A stretch of 59,765 bases of DNA, counting the filler, from Bipalium vagum (taxonomy: Eukaryota): assembly GCA_037834085.1 (NCBI GenBank). It is 3 parts of 3 records of this genome, joined end to end, with 100 filler letters (N's around TTAATTAATTAA, not from the genome) between each part and the next. Parts side by side here need not be neighbours in the genome. Positions count along the whole stretch, not along the records: positions 23,974 to 41,380 come from JBBMKC010066728.1; 2 more parts are not named here. The stretch is one strand, 5' to 3'. Below the pieces are notes generated by a model, which did no database searches, was not told the origin of the DNA, and saw only the letters and a list, made by a program, of their open reading frames with translations. Of the stretch, positions 24,408 through 37,110 are shown one piece after another (positions within the stretch are counted from its first letter, which is position 1; the number at the start of each line of letters is the position of its first letter). Both the position numbers and the translations under genes were made by a program.

Positions 24408-27400
24408 TGAAATGCCAGTTTTCTTCGCAGTGTGTCGTGTACCCAGTAACCGTGTCGCTGATAAATTTTGTGTCATCATCATGCCATTCCTTTCAAAAAT
24501 GGTTCGATAGTTAAAACGCGTACGATTTCTTGTTTTTTTTATATTTCTTTGGTATGTCTTGATTGATTTGAATTGTGCTTTTGCGACCTCTCTTCTCTCT
24601 ATATCATTCTTTACAACCTATGAATATCTTTGTTTCTATCTCTGGGTGCCTGTTTTCGTGCGTGGGTGTGTCTTTAGTTTTGTTGATTGCAGTACTTCAA
24701 AAGTGGGAGGTTGGGGTGGGGGTGGTAGAGGGGGAGGGTGCAGCATTATAATAACGAAAAAAATCTTTAATCATGGCAGAATTATGCTATTTTTATTTAT
24801 TGATTTTTTTTATAATATTGATTGATAATATTTTGATTGTTCGATAATATTTATTGATATACATATTGATTTGACAGTGAAATGTACTTTGTCATTGCTT
24901 GTGTCCTTGAAAATATTCAAAAAATTGGTCATTATTATATTATTATCATCATCATTTTCCCATCGATTTTCAATGGAAAAATAAAGAATGAAATAAAAGT
25001 GAGAGGGAAGTAAAAGTTGTAATTGTTCTTTATCTTTTTAATCTATTGATGTCGTTTCTGATCGATTGTGGTGTGACAAATATATAAATAAAATATTTGG
25101 TATGATAATAACATTGACCTTTATCGATTTAGATTTTTATTCTGAACCTTATTTTGATCTGTTTATTGTGTGGTAATATTGATCGTTTTTTCTGTCTTTG
25201 CTGTTGTTGCTGTTGTTCTTAAGACAGTAGAAAGAAATGTGGTGGGAACACATTGTTCGATTTATGTTTTTGTAATGTGTACCTCTTAATTTTAACGAAA
25301 TCGAATTGTTAAATATTAAAGATTATTGAAGTAATCTCTAAAATATTGATTTTAAACTTTAATCAATAATGTTTTTAAATAATAGTTTTCTCTTTCATTT
25401 GTTGTAAATTCTTGGAACTCTTTCCTTTCTCAAGGAAATTTATAGAAAAAAAATATTTAAAACAAGGAATTATCGGTTTTGTGTATCGTGCCTTGGTGAG
25501 TTGACTCTGAGTAATGAACTTTATTCCGCAGACAAATTTCAAAATGTTTTGAACCTATTTGAATATTATTTTGTGGTTCTAACAATTCCAATTATTTATA
25601 AGTAAATTATTCTTTGAAAATTTTAATAATTTCAAAAATAAGTTGTCAAAATATCATTAGCAGGATAATATTTAAAAATTAGTTATATTAAAGTACTCGT
25701 TTGTTTTGTGTTACGAATTAGGAATTTGGTTAGATTTTATTAAATATCATCTACAAAGTATTTTAACTCTACTGAATAAAAATGGTATGAATTTCATAAA
25801 TGTGTAGGTTCCAAAAGAGTTTATTGTAAAATTATTCGTATTTGTGGAATTTATTCTCTAAGTTGTCAGCTTTTAATAACAGTTAAATGTTTCTGCTAAA
25901 CAAGAATGAGTACTATCAATTCGAATTCTGCTTGTTTTATATTTATGAACATTTATGTTTTTAGAATTTTTCTCACAAAGTAGTTCGACAGTGGTAATAT
26001 TATTTATCATTATTCTAAAAATACATTTTAATAATGATTCTGAATTTAATAAAATTAATAACTTTAATTACTGAGGTCAACAATTTTCAAATAAAATTAT
26101 AATAGATTATTATCTTTGGATTACAAAGTTTTAATGGCCACTCAATTATCTTGATTGGTTAATTTAAAAAATCCTTACACTTGTTGGGTTTACCAATGAA
26201 AAAGTACAAAATATTCTTATCTTAAAATGCGACAACAGCCCTTAGAAAGTTATTTTATTTTATAAGGGGTAATTTTAAAATAATAATAGTAATTATAAAA
26301 GAAAGATAAAAGGGAAAATGGAAATTTTGAGGAACTGTAGGGCTTTTGAAGATGTTTTTAGAATTTTGAGATTATTTTTTTTGAAAGATTTTGAAAAGTT
26401 TTTATTAATGAATATTTTTCAGAGTTTATACTAACGACGATTTTGAAGAGTTTTAAGGATTATTGACGAAGAGTTCCTCTACTGAAGATTTATAGTCAAG
26501 TATTATTAACGAAGTATTTTCATTTAATGTCAATAAAATTGTTCCCGGGATTATGTTTAAGTTCCCTACCAGAGCAATCTCTGAACAACTGTAAAGGATC
26601 AGTTGGTAGTTTAGGAAGTGTAAACAAAGACAAACTGTATGATTCTTATTTATTAATTTTCCTTAACGTTTAAATGATTCCTATTTATTATTTGGTAATT
26701 ATTATTTTAGTATAATTAATTGATCTTTTAAATTAAAAGCTAATTCACAATCCAAGTGAATTTAAATGTAATATTTTTATATTTATTTTTATTTGGTATT
26801 TGATATGGTAGAAGCTGTATTATTATAAACTTCAAAAACTAATTTTGTTACATTTTTAATTTCTACCAATAGTAAACAATGGTAAAATCCATTAGTTTTA
26901 TGAAAACAAAAATTTATTTTATGGAAATTTATTAAAAAAATTAAATAGATGTAATAGGAAATAAATTATCATAATTACTGAAATTAGAAGTATAATTCAA
27001 ATATTATTATACAATATTAATGCAATAAAGTAGTCATAATAAAACTGTTATATGGAGAAAAAAAAATATTGAAAAATAGAAAATTTTAAATTGGATTTAA
27101 ATTAGAGTTATTGGAGATTGATTATATTTTTCCACTTTAGGATTCACAAAAGGTTGGTTTAATTTTCTCATAATGAAATTGATTAAAGTTTAATATTTCG
27201 TAAAATAAAAAATGTACAACAAAAAATTTCAATTATATATTTCAAAATTCTGATTGGTTGTTTATTATATAAAATAATTATTAAAGACGAAAGTATGTTA
27301 TTTCTAAATTTAAGTGAATTTATTGTCTTCATTAAAGAAAATATTTTATGATGACTCTTGAATAATTGTTCACAGTTATTGTATAAGAAAATAAATTAGT

Positions 27401-28109
27401 AAAGCAAATTTTGTGACTACAGATCTTTAAAAACTTTTAAAAAGTAAGTTGTAATTGATTGTTTAAATTAAGTATTAATTAAAACTGATTTTATGATTTA
27501 TAGATTAAAAAGAACTTCTTTGTTTTTATTTTCAAACAATTTCCGTGATAATTGACTACTATTCTTTAATCGAATATTTCCGCTTACACAATTAATATTA
27601 TTTTATAAAAATTTCCTCGATTTAATTTTTTGATAATTATTAATTTATTTAATAAATTTACATTTACAAAGTGATACATAATAACTTAATGTTCGTCAAA
27701 AAAGTATGAATTTTAGATTTCAATACTCTAAATTATATTCTTCAAATGACTTGTTTTATTATTAAAATTAGATCTTCATAAATGATACTAATGTTTAGTT
27801 AAAAAACGAAGGTTTTGAAGAAAAAGCCGTTTCCGGTCTGATTTTAAAGAGTTTATCACAATAATTACACATAAAAACAAATTTTAATTAATGTGTCCTG
27901 AACAATTGATAAATTTCAAAACTATTTACTTGATACATAGAAAAACGGGCTTGAATTATTATTGCTTAATTTGGTGAAATATGATTATAAATATTTGGTA
28001 AGAATATGGCAATAATTAGGGGTATTACTAAATTATTATTGACAAGTTACTGGATTGATAGTAATACTAAGTAATAAATTCACTAGAACTCTCAAAATCA
28101 TTTAATTAC

Positions 28110-28600
28110 CAGGTAGTAAGATCACCTTGAGAACCTGAAATTAACGTACAAAATGACATAAATATGAGTACTATTAAAATTATTTGACATTGAAGCAAAG
28201 GTTTAACCATAATCGATTGTGATGAGGGTTGAACTAAATGTAGAAAAGATATATTGTTATTAAATGCTTGAGGATAATACAAGTTTGCATAAGCGGAATC
28301 CTATTATAATTATGGTCAAGATGATTGTAAGCGTCAGTCACCGTAAGAACCCGGGGTAATTTGACGAGAACACAAGTTGAAATAAAGTTAATGTCTCCAA
28401 ATTCTTATTAGTTTTTAATTAAGACTTGACTTAGAAAGAAACTTTGTTATGGGTAATGCTTTACTAGTTTTAATAAAATAAAATGCGCGTACAATCTGAT
28501 TAGCAAATGTTCCTAATAATAAAGTTTTTTCGTCTCCAACTAAAGTTCCATTTTTGCTTGCTATTTTATTAGCAACGCTAAGGTAGTTTATTGAAGGTCA
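28110..28600 (-). mobile_element. Old Gypsy-type integrase relic
   Basis: PRVLTVTDAYNHL (resembling YxLTxxDxF) and STLITIDYG*TFASM (resembling FGxPxxIxxDxGxxFxS). Confidence 0.4.
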
Positions 28601-28798
28601 AATATTTTAATCAATTTCGAAATAGGAAAGTGACTTTAGGCCACTTTTAATAACTATTTAAAAAATTTATCAAAAGAAACATGCTAATGTGATACTTATT
28701 CTGTTTAAATATGTTACTATTTCCTCAATTGAAATACGTAACTTTAGCTCAAAATTTTTCTAACTTCTCACTTCGTTACTGTTAGTTGAAAATTATTC

Positions 28799-28836
28799 GG
28801 AGATACCGGGATTCGAACCCGGGACCTTCACATGCG
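28799..28836 (-). pseudogene. 3' half of a tRNA-Ala(CGC) gene or tRNA-Ala-derived element
   Basis: The minus strand reads CGC AT GTGA AGGT C CCGGG TTCGAAT CCCGG TATCTCC: a perfect T arm and B box, acceptor 3' strand with U70 (Ala G3:U70), no CCA, and TTTT shortly downstream. The 5' half is absent. Confidence 0.7.
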
Positions 28837-28869
28837 CATGGACTGCTCTGCTACATGCTTCTGACCATA

Positions 28870-29433
28870 TCAGTTTGCGCTCGTACTTGCGCACAGTGCC
28901 TCTAAGGCTCTGGCCTTCTTCGAATAATTGAAGATGAATCTCCTGTAATAGTTACAAATACTCAGGAAACTCCTGAGGTTCTTCACACATTTTGGTCTTT
29001 CGAATTTTTGGATTGCTTCTATTTTTTCTGGATCTGCTCTGATTCCTTTCTTATCTATGATGTGCCTCAGAAATTTCACTTCCGATCGTAACAAGTGACA
29101 GTTTTCTGGATTTATTCGTAATTCAGCGTTTTGCACTTTCTCCAAAACCGCGCTCAGTATTTCGTAATGTTGCTCCTCATCCTTTGAGAATATCAATATA
29201 TCGTCCATGTAAACCATAGTTCTTTTTAAGCATCTTAAAACATTTGCTATCAGTTCCTGGAAGGTCCCTGGTGCCGCTGCTATATCAAAGGGCACCCTCT
29301 TAAAACAAAATTGTCCATTTTTTGTGGAGAATGCTGTTTTCTCCAGAGAGTCTGGATGTAGTGGCACTTGATAATAGGCATTTCCGAGATCAATGGTACT
29401 CATGTATTCAGTTCTGTATAAGTTGTCTAGCAT
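28870..29433 (-). pseudogene. Gypsy reverse transcriptase (core and thumb)
   Basis: KTAFST, YMDD and LRSFLSICNYYRRFI; continues by frameshift as KLIWSEACSRAV to about 28840. Confidence 0.9.
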
Positions 29434-29436
29434 CTC

Positions 29437-30160
29437 TCACACATTCGGCATCGGGAATGCTTGACTCTCCGTTATGGCATTTAATTTCTTGAAATCTAAA
29501 CATAATCTTACGTCTTTCCTTTCCTTCTTCCATACGCATATTAGCGGTGAATTCCATGGTAAGTTGCACTTTCTGATGATGAAGTTATCGAATAAATTTT
29601 TTATTGCTTCGTCAATCCTTTTCTCCAAATGGATAGGCTGTCTCCATGGTTTGACGTTTATTGGTTCTCCTTTGGCGATTATTTTATGCTCTGCCATTTT
29701 TGTTTTACCGATATCCCAATTATCTGCCATGAATAATCTTTTATTTGTGTTTATGATTTGTTCCAAAATTTTGTTGGGTGTCGGAAATAGAATTTTTAGT
29801 GCTCTCTGTAATTGTTCTTCATCGCTTGTTTTCCCGAATTTCGCTTCTATGTTGCATAATTGTTCATTATATCTGTCTTTCATCGCTTTTCTTTTTAGAG
29901 CAAACCCGAACTGTCTTTGTAATGCAATCCCACCAATCAATCCTGACTGTATCTCTTCTACTACTATAAATCTGACTTTGTATCGTGTGTTCCATATACA
30001 TACGTCCACGTTTATTACACTCATCGTTTCAAGTGGACTATTGTTAGCACATTTCAGATTTTCTTCGCCATCTCTTAATTCAATGACCTTTAATCCTTCG
30101 AAAATCTTCCAGCTCATCACATTGATACAGCCCCTGTATCTAATAAATATTCGAATTGGT
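29437..30160 (-). pseudogene. Gypsy aspartic protease and RT N-terminus
   Basis: YLLDTGA (frameshifted), LIGGI, MADNWDIGKT..EHKI, PINVKPWRQP and RLCLDFKKLN. Confidence 0.85.
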
Positions 30161-30414
30161 ATCCTTAAATATGAACTGCTACACTCGGTCTGCCTTTCAT
30201 CTTATCATAGTTGATCTGTTGTCCTCTTTCTTCTATTAGCAGTATCTCGTTTCCTTGTTCTGTGCTGCTCGTTCTGTCTGCATCAATATTCAATTCCTCC
30301 ATTTTTATAAATCTGTACACTTTTTCCATTGCATCATCAATTTTGTATATCTATTTTGTATATTTATTAAATTACTTCTATTATACATATAAATATCGCG
30401 ATAGTTGACTTCAT

Positions 30415-31448
30415 CTAGTTCATTACTTCGATCAACTCGACTTCGTGTAAAGCGTTCACGTTTGAGTGTTCTTCTCTAAATGTGTCTGATTCTCTATCGT
30501 AACAGTACAATTTATCTCCTCTCCAAATGAAGTCCATATCCTCGTCTTCTGATATTCCATTAACGTACTTTGTGTCTGGCTTTTGCTTATTTTCTCCAAT
30601 GTTGCGCCGCCAAGTTTGATAAAAGTTTGAATTTCTTACCGTGTATGTTGCTCGTCGTCCTGCGTATTTCTCCTTTCCGTTGTAAGAAAATTTCTCAAGA
30701 TTTATGTAGCATTCTTCCACTTGATGTCCGTTTCTGTGGCATCTCGAGCATTTGGTTTTATTGCAGTCTTTCCTTAAGTGGTGTTCCGAACCGCAGGTAA
30801 AGCATTGTCTTCTATTTTCTGGGCATTGTCTACTGATATGTCCAATCTTATTGCATATCCAGCATACTATTTCTCTCGGGTCATTATTTGCTCTTTCCTG
30901 TCTTCTTTTCTCTGGTGTTGCTCGTAAAACATAACTCGTAAAACTTCTTACTGTATTTACGTTTTCTACCTTTGTCTCTTCTTCCTGGATGTCTTCCTAT
31001 TCTTTTATAATCACGAACATATAATTTATCTTTTTAATCTTTTCACTTTTGATTTTCTGCTTCACTTTTTTGTCTTCGCAACTATTCATCATTAGATCCT
31101 TCATTAATTGTTCTTTTTCCCATTTGTGCACCAGTAATTTTTCTTCTAGTTCCTCTTTTATTTTTGTAGACATTGATGTGATCTCCTTTCCGTCGGTAAC
31201 TCAGAGCCTCTTCAATGTCCTTCATCATCGACATTGGTTTATGGAAGACCTTTCAAAGTCTGTCATCGAAACCAAGAGAGCTGTCTTCATTTTCGTATAC
31301 ATCTCTGATTTCTTTGTCTAAAAGGCTACTGTGAGGATGCTTCGCATATTCTTCTTCACTCCAGCACCATCAAAGTATCTGGTTCATCTTTTGATAAATT
31401 TTTCAACATCTTCTCCTTTTTTGAAGATCCAAAGGTGAATTGCTTCAT
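30415..31448 (-). pseudogene. Gypsy gag with three zinc knuckles
   Basis: CWICNKIGHISRQC, CFTCGSEHHLRKDC and CSRCHRNGHQVEEC in one frame (about 30710-30866); frameshifts upstream. Confidence 0.8.
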
Positions 31449-32079
31449 GCAGTAGGTCCAAAGAGTTGTTTTTATTGATTAAAACTATTACCAAAATCTA
31501 TACTCGATTGAATCAAAATAATCACAATAAAATCTTTATCTCGGTTCGCAACGAAAGTGAATCAAAACAATCAGGAAAAAAACAGGAAAACTGTATTAAA
31601 ATTATAACAATTTACAATAACACAATCAACAATCACAGGAAATCACAATACATGTCTGAGATTCACAACAATTCAACTAAAACACTAAAGAAGTAATCAA
31701 ATATCACTTGAATCAAATATCTGAACGTCAATCAAATGTTAATAAAATAAGTTAAAATGTTAAACTAATAATTAAATTAAAACAAAAACAAAAATACGCA
31801 ATAAAGAATTCTCTCACCATGAGCGGCAGTGGGTCCCCGAGTCATCCTGTAGGTCCTGTTCGGTCTCCTAGGAATCCCCAAAGTCTATGAACCTCACTGT
31901 TAAATCCTGTTTCAAAGATGTCATAACAATAAGAATATTTACTAAAATGTCTTCGGACTGATGAACGTATATCTGAAACAAAAAAATCTTCATATCCACA
32001 CAGCTTCCAAAAAAAATATAATCTTCTTCCAACTGATTTCTCAGAATAAATAAACACAATTTTTTCTGCTCAATTATAA

Positions 32080-32930
32080 TCTCAAAGACAGGGAACCTCA
32101 GGTCAACCAAAAAAAATTAAAGATGCAGAATTAGAAGACCTATTAGCCCAGGATAATATGCAAACCCCAAAACAACTTGCTACCAACTTGATATGTCTCA
32201 ACACGCCATTTCCAATCAACTACACGGTATGGGAAAGATTCAATTCGAAGGGAATTGAATGAAATGAGTATGGAAAAACGAAAAAAACATGAAAATTTAA
32301 AGGAAAGATACCGAAAAAAGTCGTTTCTGCATTGTATTGCTACAAACGATAAAAAATGGATTTATTTTTATAATCAAAAACGCAAGAAATCATGGGCTGA
32401 TCTAGGCCAACTATTAATTTCGACTACCAAGAAAAATATTCAATATACACAGAAGGCTTTGTTGTGTATCTGATGGGAACAGAAAGATTTCGTCTTCTAT
32501 GAGTTATTAAATAATGGTGAAACGGTCAACGCCAATTGTTATGAACAACAATTGATTCAAATGAACATGGCATTGAAGCAGAAATGACCAGAATGTGACA
32601 AGAGGCATGGAAAAATTATTCTGTTAAATGACAGTGCTCGACAAAATGTAGCCAATTCAGTCAAGGATACGTATAAAGAAATTGGATGGGAAGTCCTACC
32701 TCATCCGCCATATTCACTAGACATACATGTAGCACCATCTGATTTCCATTTGTTCAGCTCATTGGAAAATGGACTATCAGAACGGCACTTTTGCAAATAT
32801 GACGAAATCATATTTTGGCTCGATGAATGGATTTTGTCTAAAGAAGAAAATTTCTTTTACAATGTCATTCACAAGTTACCAGAAAATTGAACCAATATTA
32901 CAGCTAAAGATGGGAAATATGTATAATATA
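32080..32930 (+). mobile_element. Mariner (mauritiana/Mos1-like) transposase pseudogene
   Basis: GQPKKIKDAELEDLLAQD, MGKIQ, KKSFLHCIATNDKKWIYFYNQKRKKSW, YELLNNGETVNANCYEQQL and LDWEVLPHPPYS...APSDFHLF. Confidence 0.9.
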
Positions 32931-34085
32931 ATTATTATTTGTCGTGTCTTTAAAATAAATGCATTTTGTTTTTTAAAAAATTCTTTAGAATTAACGGCTG
33001 CACAAATTCTTAAGTATTTTTTTATGAAACAGTCTTCTTTTACACAAAATTATAAAATGCCAGAATTCAAAAATTAAAAATTATCGAAACATTGAAAATA
33101 AAAATTAAAAAAAATATTCATTGAATAAAAATATTAAAAAATGAAAACGAAGACAAAGCGAAAACTCCGTTGCTACCAAAACGGTCAGTCAATCTTTTCA
33201 ATAGACCAAATGAGGACAAACGTGATAAAATTCCAAGTTATAATGGATTTAATAAGAACGTTCTGATTAATTCTGATTCTGTGACAGAGCCCGGATTTAG
33301 AAGAACAAGAAAATCCTATTTGCAGAACAATTGAAATCGTCTTCTTTGTTATTTCGTACTGTGATTAACGATTTGACTGAAATTTAATATTCAGAAAATA
33401 TTATTGGAAATTTATCACATAGGAAACTGACATTGCGATGTGAAAAGAGAAACCTGAACGAACCACTTGATTAAAACAAAAATCAATACATAAAAATTTG
33501 TCAAAAAGGAAAGTTAGCAAAATACATTTTCGGATTTTTAATTAAATTTTATGTTTAAACGTATTTATTTTATTAACGGTGGAGCAAATAAGAAACAGTC
33601 CACGTTCCAATAATGATTTCGTTATTGAGCTACATGAGAAGGTGCATGAGAAGGGTGCTACCACGCATAATTCAAAATGTTCCTCGTCGATGGATGGCTT
33701 TCACATTTTGTAACAGCTCAATGAAACGATGAAAATTAATATTTTCGTCTTATTCGACCATTTGAAAATATGTTAATAGCAACAGTTCATTGGTACACTA
33801 CCTATAATGCTTTTTCGTCTTTGTTTGGGTTTATTTTCACCAGGATTCACTCACACGTAAGGCAGCTGAGCATATGTGTCAGATATATTTAAATTAGCCA
33901 CTGATACCCGGTTGATCGTATTATTTATTCGCATTGATCTCTTCCGTATGTAGTATTATTAAATGAAAAAAATAAAATACTGTATAGGTTTAAGCATATT
34001 AATTTAAAAATCTCATAAGTCTTTTAATTATTTTTTTGAATTTTTTAAAAATTAATTTTATTTAAATTATTATTTTTCTATTATT

Positions 34086-34110
34086 TATTAATATTAATAT
34101 TAATATTAAT

Positions 34111-34164
<54 letters not shown>
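34086..34164. repeat. (TATTAA)n followed by (AAT)n microsatellite
   Basis: Direct reading of the sequence. Confidence 0.95.
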
Positions 34165-36784
34165 TAAAATTTTATTTTTTTGAATTTATGTTTTAATATT
34201 AGTTAAATATTTTACAAATTTACTTAATTTTTTCATTTTTTGGTTTGAAATGTATACTGAACTTCAAATGTATACTGACGTGTATCGCATTAATATTATA
34301 TCTTATTATTAAGTTATTCTATTCAGTGCTTTTATGTTTAAGAAAAGGCCTGAAATCTGCTTTACTTCATATCTCATCAAAAATAGAAGAGAACGAACGC
34401 AGTTTTCACAAAATGATGAAGAGGATAAGCCTTTAAACTAATCCTCAAAGTGTCTTTCGTTATATTACAGACCATTATATTTTCCAACCGTGAAATAAAT
34501 TCATATTTGATCAGCACTGTTCAATTGGATTAATCTATAAATATATAATATAATGAGCCTTGTTCAAACGATGATTGAGTTTATGAAATAAAAATGAGAC
34601 AAAATTAATTATTTCAGTTGAAAACTGCAATCATCTGTGGAGATCTGTTTGAAATTGCTTTTCGAAAATATCATAGATGTACTTATCATTTATACTTTTC
34701 TTTAATTTTTCTGTCTTCAGAAATGCATTTGATTTACGTATTTATCGAAAAAAGAACTATNNNNNNNNNNNNNNNNNNNNNNNNNNNNNNNNNNNNNNNN
34801 NNNNNNNNNNNNNNNNNNNNNNNNNNNNNNNNNNNNNNNNNNNNNNNNNNNNNNNNNNNNNNNNNNNNNNNNNNNNNNNNNNNNNNNNAAACTTTAAACC
34901 AGATTATAAAAACCTTAAATTTTTCATACAAAACATACATATAGTATATTCAAAAACTATAGTTTATTAAATTCAAAAGTCGAAAATGGAGAGATTAATA
35001 ATAATAATAATAATAAAAATAAATAAATAAATAAATAAAATAAAAAAAAAGAAATTTTAAAAACTGCAGTACTTCAATATATTTTTTACACAGCTTCATT
35101 TTTATTAAATCGATAAAATTAATTTTTCATAACTGTATTTAAACTGAAAAAACGTTATAAAATTGATTTATAATAACAGTAATTATAATAATTATTATTA
35201 GTATTTGGCAAGTTACTCAGTAAACTAGCATATAAGGTCATAAATAAAAGATATTCTAATAAAATATTATTATTAACAGAATAAAAATAAAATTATAATC
35301 TTTTTAACAAGTTCAATTTGAATAAAATGTTTACTAAAATGATAATATTTAGTAAATGGATAACTTTAATAAAATATATTTGGAATAATTATAATTAATT
35401 AATATTAATAGAATATGGTTTGCTGCATCAAACTTTTTTACGATATGAAAGAATTTTTTTTGGTTTTATGATGATAAAGAACATACATTTTTTAATTATT
35501 AAAATTATGAAGCACTTTCTGACAGCTTTACAGTAATTTGATAAATAATTAATTCAAACAAATTATCTAACTTTTTTCAATTTCAGGCCATCTAAAATTA
35601 TTATAAAATTAATTTTTGGGTATCATTTTATCAATAAAATATTTTGTTCCTTCAATTTTATATATTGATCTGATCATACCAGATCCAAGTATTTTTTTAA
35701 CAAGATTTTTTTGTTAATAAATTTTTTTACTGAATTTTCCCTTTTAAAATTTAAATTTTGAATATTACACTTATGTTTAAAACAAAGTTTGTTAAATTTG
35801 CATTAAAATCACCAGATTTCTTTTTAAATCACCACTTTTCTTTTTGGTATGTGATATACTGGCCACCCTGTATATAAATAGCACTCCTCTTATTATGTTT
35901 ATTTGTAGTAATAACATGTCAAATATTTATACATGTATATGTAACAGGTCTTTTAAAAATATAAGGTATTAAAAATAAGTCTTAAAAATATTGAATTTTT
36001 GTTTAAATCACCGAATAAATATCATTAAAAAATATTAATTAATTAATTGTTGCTTTTAGTAAATTAACAATTTTTACTATACATTAGTGAATATTCCCCA
36101 TATTCTCAAATATATTCTCAATTTTTCATTTTAGAAAACTGGAAAGAAAATATTTTTTCTTAGTGAGATCCCATATGCAGACCCGTATTGATGCCAGCCT
36201 TGAAACCAGTCACAGAACAGAAGAAAGTCTTTAACTTCACCGTTGTACTATTCAGAATGGAAGTGAATTAGACACCTGAATAGGCAGCTCTAATGTGAAA
36301 TTGAATCCGTCCCTGTTGGAGTTTATTATATTTTAGTATGGTTATAATTAACGCATTGCCTGTTTTTATGTTCTCATGTCTATCGTAGGTGGTAGTACAC
36401 TTATTAAGTCAATATTTAAGTATAAAGTTTCATTCATTTATATAATTTCCAAAATATATTTTAAAAAATTTTATATTTGCGAAATTAATAATTTAATAAA
36501 TTTTCTTATATAGTCCGGTAAGATTTTATTTAATTAATTTAATAATTTAAACTTTATTAAATTATTAATATATTTTTGATTTATATTCATTAAAACAAAT
36601 AAATAAAATATTAAAAATTCATTTTTTTCACACTGGAAAAAATAGGTCATTTTTAACACATGGGATAAAATAGGTCATTTTTAGCACATTGCATAAATTA
36701 AACTTATATTAAGATTATTTAATACAATAATTAATTTATGCACATATTTTGCACAAAAAATATATTTTGATAAAAATCCTTTCT

Positions 36785-37110
36785 TGTTAGGTAGTCCAAA
36801 TAAAATAGTTCAGATTGAATAAATGATGTTAAACCACAAGGGTAAAGCTCATCGACCAAGGTGCCTATCTAACTAATGCTGGGCCTTAGTAATAGCAGAT
36901 TGAAGCTACAAGCCTGAGAAATTTGAACCAAAACTTATATATTTTATGAAACAGAATAGTTAGACAATTCACTGATGAGGCACATGAATCGATTTGTTAT
37001 AAATATCAGTTTGTTGATTATTACCGCAATGACCAGACTCTGAACGTCGAAAGCTGCAACAACAAGATCAAAGAACTGCTGAAAGAGTTGATTTTCTTCA
37101 AGAATTTATG
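36785..37110 (+). mobile_element. Merlin (IS1016/ISXO2-like) transposase relic
   Basis: LGSPNKIVQIE*MMLNHKGKAHR (resembling GGPG.IVQIDET), FTDEAH and CYKYQFVD...QTLNVESCNNKIK (resembling HK..FVD...HTQ.IES). Confidence 0.65.

Larger units (their letters stand above)
28837..32057 (-). mobile_element. Ty3/Gypsy LTR retrotransposon, 3'-truncated (leader, gag, protease, RT; RNase H, integrase and 3' LTR missing)
   Basis: Gag starts near 31448 with three CCHC knuckles; protease LLDTGA near 30130; RT in ORFs 29437-30120 and 28870-29433 (PWNSPLICVWKK, RLCLDF, IDLGNAYYQVPL, YMDDILI). Several stops and frameshifts. Confidence 0.92.

Noticed and set aside
26336-26640. Possible solo LTR starting TGTAGGGC with GAAGA-rich repeats
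   Set aside because: No matching CA end, target duplication or second copy could be identified.
29474-30214. 246-aa plus-strand ORF
   Set aside because: It is the in-register antisense of Gypsy pol and has no independent motifs.
31945-31980. TGTC-TTCGGA-CTGATGA-N10-GAAACA, a hammerhead-like core
   Set aside because: Stems I and II cannot form properly, and it is antisense to the element.
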